64,000 nt of DNA from contig CM022678.1 in assembly GCA_012295275.1 (NCBI GenBank), forward strand, positions 19,902,001 to 19,966,000. The letters run 5' to 3'. A program made the translations under genes and the position numbers. Numbering within the stretch: position 1 is the stretch's first letter; each line of letters opens with the position of its first letter. Below are positions 54,530 to 64,000 of this stretch, piece after piece. The notes beneath the pieces were generated by a model. That model saw only the letters and a list, made by a program, of their open reading frames with translations. It made no database searches and had not been told where the DNA came from. The DNA comes from Chrysomallon squamiferum. Its lineage: Eukaryota; Animalia; Mollusca.

Positions 54530-56181
54530 TAAAAACCGAAAATACCAAAAATACTTCTCAACATTTCTTTCTTTCCCTCTTTCCTTCCAGTTTCTTTTTT
54601 ATTTATTCATTTATTTATTCATCAATTTTTTTTTTTATTTATTTGTTTATTACTGTCCTTTTCTTCACTGAAACAAAAAACTTGGTTTTCGGTACGTACA
54701 TACATCGCTCATATCGGTAACCAAGCACCTAGATACACATACAGACATATGAATTCACATATGCGTGTATGCAGTTACAAATATACAGATACACACAAAG
54801 AAGCAAGATCATAGGGTAAAAACTGAAAATAACAAAAATACTTTTCAACATTTCTTTCTTTTCCTCTTTCTTTCCAGTTTCTTTTTTATTTATTCAATTA
54901 CTTATTCATCAAATATATTTATCTAAACGAGCACCTAGTTACACAGACAGAGATACGCATTCACGTGGACAAAAATTATTTATTTTTGGGTTTTCTTTTA
55001 AAGAAACTATTTTGAGCATTTTTGTTTTTTATTTTTATTTTTATTACTGTCCTTTTTGTAGGGAAAAAAGAAGGAAAAAAAACGTGGTGTTTGGATGTTA
55101 TTTAATACTGGTGGACTGACACACGTACATACATCGCTTTTAGGTGACCATCGCGTAGATAGATGCACATACAGACATGCAGACATGCATATCCTAACAT
55201 ACATACGCACAAAAGCACATACACACAAGCGCCCGCGCACACTAACACACACACACACACAGACAGACACATCCAGACAACACAAAGAAGAGGAAAGAGA
55301 AAAGAACATACATACACACCTCCCTGTCTTTCATCGGCTCTGTTTGCGCGTGCGCGTATCTAAAATACATAATTGTACTTTCTTAATAAAGGGCTCTCTA
55401 GAGGTTCAAGAATACTCTATACGCAAATATAGTTGAAATAAGTTTAATATGAAATATACATACAATTCCATAAAAATTATTTCAGTAACAATTGCCGGGT
55501 ATTTCACGGACATACGGATATGACGTAAGCCTTCCGCTTCTGTTGTTTCCGCTTCCTGCCAAGAATGTTGCCTCCATGAGCTTCCGTTTGCGGGTCAAAA
55601 AGAAATAGAAAAAGGAAATCCAATGAGTTTCCGATTCCGGTTCAACCCATGTCTCCTCGGTTTTTGCTGTTTATTTCCGGTTGCTGTTGATTTTCGGTTC
55701 CTGTTCCTTTCCTGTTTTTCCGGTTTTGACGTTATTGAAATTATTTTGAAAAAAAAAAAAAAAAGGATTTTAAAAGTTATAGTTTTAACTGAAGTATTAC
55801 TTTACGGATTTTTAAATTTATTTTGAAGGTGCTATTAATAAATGAAGAACACTTCACGCAGTCTAAAACTACTTGACAAATAAAAAAAAAAAAACCTGAA
55901 AAATTAAAGCGAAAGCGTTTATTAATTTTTAACATCTTCAGGTAAACGTCTTCAGGTGTTTACTCAGGTGGACATCTTCAGGTGCAATGGTCATCAAGAT
56001 GCGTAACAAGGGAACTCTCCACGCTGATTGCCATCCAGTAAAGAGGTCGGAGACCGGGATTTTTTAGTTGTTTTCCAGCGATGACCTTTCTTTGCGATGA
56101 CCATTTTATACTTCGATGGTCACCTTGATAGGTCATGTCGTCACGTATCTCATTTCCTGTCATTATGGCGTGTAATGCGAC

Positions 56182-56248
56182 TTCACAAGGGAGACGACTC
56201 CTGTTCACAAGGGATACAACTCCTGTTCACAAGGGAGACAACTTCTGT
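56182..56248 (+). repeat. 3 x 22 bp direct repeat
   Basis: (C/G)TTCACAAGGGA(G/T)AC(G/A)ACT(C/T)CT x3; about two copies in the opposite arm at ~59760-59802. Confidence 0.85.
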
Positions 56249-56551
56249 CCATACGAAGTTACAAGAGTTATCGCCTATACGCCTCCGCATGGCTTGATAA
56301 ATTGCGCAGCAAATAAAGAACCCACTTAGGAAACACTTAGGTGTTTTAAATAAAATACTTGTGTACGACTATATATGGTAAAGTGCCAGTTTCACCAAAT
56401 ACTGAAATATTTATTATTAGTAACATTTCAGCGTGGGCAGTATTGAAATAATGTATATAAAGTTATTTTATTCATAATTAATTATAAAATATTCGTCAAA
56501 TAGTGAGTACTGGAGCATTTTATTAATTTGATGAATATATTATTTCTTAAG

Positions 56552-57301
56552 ATGGCGAATAATCACGTGAATGACACTTCCGGTCAATTTGGACCATTAA
56601 CGTTAAAAGATACTGTTCAACAGTCTTTATGGAAGACGACGGACTTTCCTGTCTACACTGCTTTGAAGATGCCTTCACCTGACGATTTATGTAGAAGAAA
56701 AGGAGGAATGGACAAAAATACAAATCGATACATTAGCAATCAAGATGGAAAAGCTTATTATTTGGCTCAAGCTGCTGTTTGGAATTTTCGTTTAGACCGT
56801 ATTCGTAGAAGATTAAATGCGTCTTTAAAAGCATATAGAACTCAGAACAGAATTAATATATTTATGGATATATTACATCGAGCCTTAGCACCAAGATGGC
56901 CATTACACAGATTCTTTAATTCTAAAGGATATTTACGATGGTCAGATGTAACTGTCCGATACTTATACAGAAGATGGATGCGAAAGATAAGAATGAATAG
57001 ATTTCCTGATATTTGGCTGTGTGATATTACTTACGTTTTAAACGATTTAAATGATCCTAATTTTCCACTGGGAGATATTATTTTATTTGGACGTGATGAC
57101 CGACCCGATCTACCATTAACGAAGGCTCGAGGTGTCTGGCAAGCCATGATAGATAGATACGACGATGGAGTTGATGGGTTTCGTTCATCTATTCTTCAAG
57201 ATGCTTACAACTCTGATTCTGATGCTGACGGCGGGAGAGATGATCCCGACAGCGATTCTTCTGAGGATGATGATCCCCAAATGTGTTTTAAATTCAGATG
57301 A
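56552..57301 (+). CDS. Intronless orphan ORF (249 aa from AAGATGG; up to 257 aa), likely virus/mobile-element derived
   Basis: Complex non-repetitive ORF MANNHVNDTSG...QMCFKFR with a TATATAAA ~95 bp upstream and AATAAA at ~57310. Basic Arg/Trp-rich core and acidic tail. A paralogue lies in the opposite arm. Confidence 0.65.
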   Translation: MANNHVNDTSGQFGPLTLKDTVQQSLWKTTDFPVYTALKMPSPDDLCRRKGGMDKNTNRYISNQDGKAYYLAQAAVWNFRLDRIRRRLNASLKAYRTQNRINIFMDILHRALAPRWPLHRFFNSKGYLRWSDVTVRYLYRRWMRKIRMNRFPDIWLCDITYVLNDLNDPNFPLGDIILFGRDDRPDLPLTKARGVWQAMIDRYDDGVDGFRSSILQDAYNSDSDADGGRDDPDSDSSEDDDPQMCFKFR

Positions 57302-57436
57302 TCATTTACAATAAATAAATAACTTACAAAGTAAATATGCGTTTGTCGTTTATTGCATGAAATAATTAAAATGTTAGTATTACAATTAAATATATTAAAG
57401 TATTTATCTTTTATATCAGAAAACACATCCGAGTCC

Positions 57437-57720
57437 TTAAACCTTTACAACAGGAAGTAACCTTTCGGTCACGTGAACATATCTAAAGTCCTTCCGGTGA
57501 TCAGTTAAATGTCCATATTGATGTACATCTTTCATTGCTTTTTCCATTCGAATATCTTGTTGATAGTCCATTAATGCATTAAACATTGTAATGACGTTTT
57601 TTTTCCGGCAACAGGTCCAATAATTTTATGATAAGGGTTAGTACATAATTTTCTGTCAAAACTTATTTCACAAAATATATATTGGTTAAACTGTTGAAAT
57701 AGAGTAATGTAAGGTGCATA
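57437..57720 (-). pseudogene. 3' fragment of a second, convergent intronless ORF (unknown product)
   Basis: With one frameshift in an A-run it reads APYITLFQQFNQYIFCEISFDRKLCTNPYHKIIGPVAGKK/NVITMFNALMDYQQDIRMEKAMKDVHQYGHLTDHRKDFRYVHVTERLLPVVKV*. Minus-strand AATAAA follows at ~57349-57354. A partial copy lies at 58484-58595(+). Confidence 0.45.
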
Positions 57721-57887
57721 AGTACATTTATTATTTTTATTCAAATTAAAATGGCGAAGAACATCTAAATATTAAATTTAGCGGCAAACGGGTTAAATTG
57801 AAGCAAATATTTCCAATCAATAAAAATCCAAATTATCTAATAAATGGTAAAATATATTTGTAAAATAATGCTCTATTTTCAAAGCAG

Positions 57888-58430
57888 TCATTTATATGGC
57901 ATGTAGTTCACAGGGAAAAGGTTATCGTCACGGTCAGCATCCCAGTTGTACTGGCAATAATCGGGCAAATCCACAGCTTTTTTGTTTTTGTCAAACCAGT
58001 CAGCAAATAATACCCACTAAATTAGTGCATCTGGAGGATTTGCATTGCGCAAAAACTCTTGTAGATCTTTTTGTCATAGCCAATATACTCATAATACATA
58101 CGAGCTCTGATAGTCTCCCCCCTTCCTCACAAAAAAATCCACGCCAGGGTTCACGGTTAGTGCACATCAAAATAGAGGTTTTAAGAATAGTAGCAGGACG
58201 TTTGTTCTGCCTTTCTACTTCTACTGCATTGCCTCTTAGAAGGCTTTTGTACCTTTCTTCAGTAGCACGTGTACTATTTCACCCATCTACAAGTATGGTC
58301 TTGTTACTGACACATGACTCAAATGCAAACCTTTCATCTTTACTTGCACGGCCTACAATCCAAGAAGGAAGCAGGTTGAAAGGTTCAATCATCCAGTAGC
58401 TTTTATCTATGGTAGCAAACACAGGACTTT
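57888..58430 (-). mobile_element. Endogenous parvovirus/densovirus-like NS1 (SF3 helicase) pseudogene fragment
   Basis: Minus strand reads DKSYW (eroded Walker A)...RFAFESCVSNKTILVDG* (Walker B)...EERYKSLLRGNAVEVERQNKRPA (motif B')...KTSILMCTNREPW (motif C)...[fs]TIRARMY (Arg finger)...[fs]EFLRNANPPDALI*W... Motif order and spacing match parvoviral NS1/Rep. At least two stops and two frameshifts. Confidence 0.8.
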
Positions 58431-58724
58431 TCACTGTCTTTTTTACTCAGGATACTTATAATTTTTACCTGCCAATTTGAGTGCATAAAATTACTGGACC
58501 TGTTCCCGGAAAGAAAACGTCATTACAATGTTTAATGCATTAATGGACTATCAACAAGATATTCGAATGGAAAAACCAATGAAAGATGAACATCACGATG
58601 TGTTTTCGTATAAAAAAGATAAATATTTTAATATATTTAATTGCAAAATTAACATTTTAATTATTTCATGCAATAAACGACAAACGCTTATTTACTTTGT
58701 ATGTTATTTATTTATGGTAATTGA

Positions 58725-59452
58725 TCATATGAATTTAAAACACATTTGGGGATCATCATCCTCAGAAGAATCGCTGTTGGGATCATCTCTCGCTTTGTCA
58801 GCATCAGAATCAGTGTTGTAACCGTCTTGAAGAATAGATGAAAGAAATGGATCGTCGTATCTATCTATCATGTCTTGCCAGATATCTTCAGCATCCGTTA
58901 ACGGTAGATCAGGTCTGACATCAGGTCGAAATAAAATAATATCTCCCAATGGAAAATTAGGATCATTTAAATCGTTTAAAACGTAAGAAATATCAGGAAA
59001 TATATTCATTCTTATCTTTCGCCTCCATCTTCTGTATAAGTATCGGACAGTTACATCTGACCATCGTAAATATCCTTTAGAATTAAAAAGTCTATGTAAT
59101 GGCCATCTTGGTGCTAAAGCTCGATGTAATATATCCATAAATATATTAATTCTGTTCTGACTTCTATATTCTTTTAAAGACGCATTTAATCTTCTACGAA
59201 TACGATCTAAACGAAAATTCCAAACAGCACCTTCAGTCAAATAATAAGCTTTTCCATCTTGACTGCCAATGTTTCCATTAGTATTTTTGTCCATTCCTCC
59301 TTTTCTTCTACATAAATCGTCAGATGTGAAGGCATCTTCACAGCAGTGTAGACAGGAAAGTCCGTCGTCTTCCATAAATACTGTTGAACAGTATCTTTTA
59401 ACGTTAATGGTCCAGATTGACCGGAAGTGTCATTCACGTAATTATTCGCCAT
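58725..59452 (-). pseudogene. Frameshifted inverted paralogue of the 56552-57301 ORF
   Basis: MANNYVNDTSGQSGPLTLKDTVQQYLWKTTDFPVYTAVKMPS, then a 2-nt insertion (TCACATCTGAC vs TCACCTGAC), then DDLCRRKGG...QMCFKFI in another frame. Confidence 0.75.
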
Positions 59453-60858
59453 CTCAACTAATTATATATTCATAAAATTAATAAAATGCTCCAGTACTCA
59501 TTATCTGACGAATATTTTTATAATTAATTATCAATAAAATAACTTTATATACATTATTTCATTACTGCCCACGCTGAAATGTTACTAATAATAAATATTT
59601 CAGGAAATGGTGAAATCGGCACTTTACCATATACAGTCGTACACAAGTATTTTATTTAAAACACATAAGTGTTTCCTAAGTGGGTTCTTTATTTTGCCGC
59701 GTAATTTATCAAGCCATGCGGAGGCGTATAGGCGATCACTCTTGTAACTTCATGTGATCAGGAGTTGTCTCCCTTGTGAGCAGAAGTTGTCTCCCTTGTG
59801 AAGACGCATTAAACGTCATAATGACAGGAAATGAGATACATGAAGACATGACCTATCAAGGTGACCATCGAGGTATAAAATGGTCATCGCAAAGAAAGGG
59901 GGGTTCGTTGGAAAGGACCTAAAAAATCCCGGTCTCCGACCTCTTTACTGGATGGCAATCAGCGTGGAGCCTTCTCTTGATGACAACTGCACCTGGAAAT
60001 GTCCATCTGAAGAAACACCTGAAGACGTTTACCTGAAGATGCTAAAAATTAATAAACACTTTCGCCTTAATTTTTCAAGTTTTTTTTTATTTGTCAAGTA
60101 GTTTTTGAGTGCGTGAAGTGTTCCTCATTTATCAATAGCACTTCAAAATAGATTAAAAAGTCCGTAATGTAAAGTAATACTTCAATTAAAGCTATAACTT
60201 TTTATAGGCTTTGTTTTCAAAACGATTTCAATGACGTCAAAACCGGAAAAACAGGAAAGGAACAGGAACCGAAAATCAACAGCAACCGGAAATGAACAGC
60301 AAACACCGAGGGGAGATGGCTCATGGAGGCAGCCATCTTGGCAGGAAACGGAAGGCTTACGTCATATCCGTATGTCCGTGAAATACGCGGCAATTGTTAC
60401 TGAAATGATTTTTATCGAACTGCATGTATATTTCAACTATTTTTGATTATAGAATATTCTTGAACCTCTAGAAAGCCTTTTACTAAGTCTACATTCACAC
60501 ACAGCCGAAGAAAGACAGGGACGTGTTTGTGTCTGTTTGTTTCTCTTTCCGCTTCTTTGTGTTATCTGGATGTGTATAATGTACGTTTGTGCGTATGTAT
60601 ATTTGTATATGGATATAAGCATGTCTGTATGTGTATCTATCTACGCGATGGATACCTAAAAGCGATGTATGCACGTGTGTCAGTCTTCCTCACGTACCCA
60701 TAAATAACGCGTTGTATTTTTCCTTCTTTTTTTGCCTACAGAAATAAATTAATACATAGAGAGATAAAAAAATTAATATATAAAATTTAAAAAAAAAAAG
60801 GAAGGAAAGAAAAAAAAAGAAATATTGAGAACAATTTTTGTTATTTTCAGTTTTTTTC

Positions 60859-60960
60859 AGGATTTAAAAAATAAGTCTACAGACTCATTTTAATTGTCCC
60901 TCCACGCGGAAATCATTAGTAAAAGGCGAAAGATTTATTCTGTGCAGAGAAACCAGAGTT
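60859..60960 (-). pseudogene. U5: Inverted, degenerate U5 snRNA copy
   Basis: Reverse complement of U5 with loop I intact, but with a stem mismatch (ACTAATGATTT), Sm site ATTTTTTA, a deleted 3' hairpin and upstream sequence truncated at about -20 (no PSE). Confidence 0.85.
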
Positions 60961-61467
60961 AAATTTTATAACAGCTATCGACTGCACGAAACATGACCTA
61001 TTTCACTCAGGCGTGACATCGTCTTCCAAATATTTTCAGTTGGGCAAAAATTGAAAATAACGAAACCAGTTCTGAACATGTTTTGGGTGTTTTTTTTATT
61101 TTTCATTTTTTATTTTTTACCATGGTATAAATATTCATGTTATTTCCGGGTATATGAAACAGCAGGACACGTGCATATTCTCACGCGCAGATGCATAATC
61201 ACACAGCTAGATTCACATGCAAACACAAACTCACACATGGCTGATGCTGAAACTAATGGAGTGAGCGAGTACCATTTACTGGTACATCAAAGAGGTGTAT
61301 CCAGGTACGTACATACTTAGAGATATATAATCATGGACCTAGCTTCTAACACAGAAATGTGTGTATGTATGTGTGCGCGTTTTTATATATATATATATAT
61401 ATATTAAAAAATCTGATTTAGAGAATTCGGGGAATTTATTCCACTAAAAAAAAAAAAATTATAAAAA

Positions 61468-61520
61468 TATATAATATAATATAATATAATATAATATAAT
61501 ATAATATAATATAATATAAA
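61468..61520. repeat. (AATAT)n microsatellite
   Basis: Pentanucleotide run. Confidence 0.85.
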
Positions 61521-62325
61521 TAATAATAATAATAAGAAGAAGAATTATAGTTATAATAATAGTAAAAATAATTTAAAAAAATAAAAGAAGAAAGAAAGGA
61601 AATAAAGAAAAGATAATACTTTTATAATAATCAAATTTTATTGGGGTTTTTCGCCATAAAAAAGTAATGTAAAAATACTGTTAATAATTAATGATAAGAA
61701 TTTCATTCTTGACAAATTATGGCATTAAGAAATATTTCATGCATAATTGTGACAAATGATCATATCTGACGGTGGGATATTCATACTTAACAAAAATCTA
61801 GTAAATAATTAAAATACTTATTCAAAATAACATATAATTCATTTTTAACTATAAAAACAATGAAACTTATTAAACATTTAATTATTTCATATCTACAGAT
61901 TTTGGCACAGAAATATTAATTTAATATTACAAAAATATCTGGTTACTGTAAACTCAGTCCATTAAGTACATTTTGTGAGAACTGTACTGGTCAGTACTTT
62001 TAATTCATATGTCCAGTGCAATGTCTAAACATTGTCTTTTTTACAAAGCAAAGACATATTAAATTTTTGCTGTTAGATGATTATAATGTATGCATGTATG
62101 TATGTTATGTATGTTTGTATATGTGTGTATATACATGTATATGTGTGTGTGTGTATATATATGTGTGTGTGTGTGTGTAGGTTTGTGTGTATATATATAT
62201 ATATATATATACATGCACATGTGTGTCTGTGTGTGTGTGCACACTTTGGTAATAAATATGTTAAGAAAAACCTATCTATTACTGGTAAAGAGATGTTGAC
62301 ATTTTCTATATTTAGATATAAAATA

Positions 62326-63188
62326 TTATTCGATGTCTGAGTTGTTATTCTTTTCGTCTGACTCATTATCGCTGGTTTCTTCTTCGTTCTTTGACTTGAA
62401 ACGTTTTTGCAGTCTGTGGCGACGTCTATACTTTGAAGGTTTTGCTGCTGAAGGTGAGTCATACTGTATGTAACCTGGAAAGAAAAACAATCTGTAACAG
62501 TAAATAAGTGAGACGATGGATAATATGAAAGGAGAGAGATGTGTATATTGTGTGGGCATGTCTGAAACAGAGACAGAGAGAGAGAGACAGTCATTAATAA
62601 ATAAAGTTTAACAAGGTTTAATTACACAGTATAGATAAGTACAGGTAAATTAAAAAAGTTAAATATTAAAACTTAATACAAGTAAAAGATATATATATTA
62701 ATATTAAAATAAACATTAAAATACAGGTAAAATAATATCAAAACATAATACTTGCATAAATAAAGATTAAAATCAACATAAAAGGAATAAAAATTAAAAT
62801 ACTGATAAAATAAATATGAAACAATACAAGAAAAATAATTCCTAGACTAAAATTAAAATACTGATAAAATACATATGAAACATAATACAAGTAAAATAAT
62901 TCAAAGATTAAAATTAAAATACTGATAAAAATGTGAAACATAATACAGATAAAATAATTCAAAGATTAAAATTAAAATACAGATAAAATACATATGAAAC
63001 ATAATACAGGTAAAATAATTCAAAGATTAAAATAATTCACCTCTTTCTATGCACTCATTTGTGTCTGGAAAGCCGATAGACCAGAAATGTTCTGGGGTGA
63101 GAGGTCGTGCGAATCGATCCCGGTGTCGTGAGCAGTTCTGAATTCTCTTCTGTATTTCTTCTTCTGACATCCCAGTACTCTTGTAATA
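62326..63188 (-). CDS. RBBP8: DNA endonuclease RBBP8/CtIP (SAE2 domain), last two exons; gene continues beyond the window
   Basis: Exons 63188-63041 and 62474-62326 splice to YYKSTGMSEEEIQKRIQNCSRHRDRFARPLTPEHFWSIGFPDTNECIERGYIQYDSPS...DIE*. The CSRHR and TP-x2-FW-x2-GFP-x-T motifs are diagnostic of CtIP/Sae2. Confidence 0.93.
62720..63040. repeat. ~60 bp AT-rich minisatellite abutting the RBBP8 donor site
   Basis: About 4-5 copies of AAAATAATTCAAAGATTAAAATTAAAATACTGATAAAATACATATGAAACATAATACAAGT. Confidence 0.8.
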
Positions 63189-64000
63189 CTGAAACAAATA
63201 CAACTTCACATGTATCTATACAGAATTATAACAATAACCAGTCATGAAACAAAATGTGTAGTGACTGTATAATGTACATTATACAAAATACACACACATA
63301 CACACAGACATGAAAACAAGGTGCCAAACCATTTATCTGGCTTCCAGAGATCTATAAAAATCTGAAAACTGATAATCTAAACTGAATACTGGCTGCTGTC
63401 TTGGTTTCCGTGACACACATGCTGAAAAAAAAGTATTTTATTTAACAATCACTCTTTATTAAACATCTGTACAAGAATACAGTGATTATTAAATAAAATA
63501 CTTTTTTTTTCTTTTCTTTTTATAACCACACACATGGTACCTGTAAGAAATTTAAGTGTATTAGAAAGTCAGTTAGCTGAAAATGTATCTTTAAAATAAA
63601 AAATATTTTCTTTCTTATCTGCATTTATATTTTACCCCATTTATTACAGGCAGTATTCTATAAAAGGTATTTCAATAATTTTAATTTAATAATAAAGATC
63701 AAACATTAACAGTGTTTAATTTGTATCTGTTAAATAGTTTCATTCTTTATTTTTATTTTTTTTGTTTTATATTTTCAGTACATATTTAGACTGCATCTAG
63801 AAATCATCTACAATTCTGGTCCCAAGCTTGCTGGGTAACTGGTTCAGAACCTGAATGCTCATACTGATATAAATATGCACAAATACATACTCAGACTCAT
63901 CCAATACAAACACATGTTCACACACACACACACACACACAAAATACAAATGCAAGCACACACACAGTATTTTATATATATGTGTATGTATATAATTCTGT

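Larger units (their letters stand above)
28330..55477 (+). repeat. Head-to-tail tandem array of ~0.96-1.0 kb units, each with one U5 snRNA gene (27 genes, partial units at both ends)
   Basis: Near-identical unit recurs 27 times. Degenerate spacer-only pieces lie at 28330-28700 and 54810-55477. Confidence 0.97.
54810..60980. repeat. Large imperfect inverted repeat: arms ~54810-57630 and ~58484-60860(-60980), ~850 bp unique spacer
   Basis: The arms are reverse complements along their length, e.g. 55488 ACAATTGCCGGGTATTTCACGGACATACGGATATGACGTAAGCCTTCCG vs 60349-60397. Paralogous ORFs lie at 56552-57301(+) and 59452-58725(-). The arms differ by many substitutions and indels. Confidence 0.95.

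Noticed and set aside
30148-54720. Recurrent ORFs MNPTFSRVK... and MYAVTNIQ... in every array unit
   Set aside because: They start at TTG/GTG (one overlaps the U5 Sm site), change frame with homopolymer length between units and have low-complexity composition; non-coding spacer.
28330-55477. Array as a CRISPR-like or satellite-only repeat
   Set aside because: There are no unique spacers, the context is eukaryotic, and each unit carries a canonical U5 gene.
57896-58399. 167-aa plus-strand ORF in the palindrome spacer
   Set aside because: Antisense shadow of the NS1-like frame, with no recognisable features of its own.
59880-60101. Small ORF MVIAKK.../MAISVE... and its counterpart at 55978-56208
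   Set aside because: It has a TATA and AATAAA, but the frame is not maintained between the arms; too weak to call as a CDS.
54810-60980. Palindrome as a long-read fold-back artefact
   Set aside because: The arms differ by many substitutions and multi-base indels and enclose a unique ~850 bp spacer, unlike a read-chimera artefact; spanning reads are still the decisive test.

Overview
AT-rich, microsatellite-dense eukaryotic (invertebrate, probably mollusc) genomic DNA. From left to right it holds the last five coding exons of VPS11 (+), then a three-exon gene for a small secreted 14-Cys protein (-) that the ORF track misses. Next is a complete 20-exon DDX54/DBP10 DEAD-box helicase gene (+) containing a minor-spliceosome AT-AC intron. 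About 28.3-55.5 kb is a head-to-tail array of 27 U5 snRNA genes (~0.96-1.0 kb unit) in two spacer subfamilies. The last array unit is interrupted by a ~6 kb fold-back structure. Its two diverged inverted arms carry U5 spacer plus an intronless, virus-like gene cassette, and they flank a decayed parvovirus/densovirus NS1 (SF3 helicase) fragment. The window ends in the last two exons of RBBP8/CtIP (-). The most unusual element is the endogenous parvovirus-like palindrome inside the U5 array. Tandemly duplicated 'decoy' splice acceptors in two unrelated genes are a second recurring oddity. All calls come from manual reading and translation; no database searches were run.
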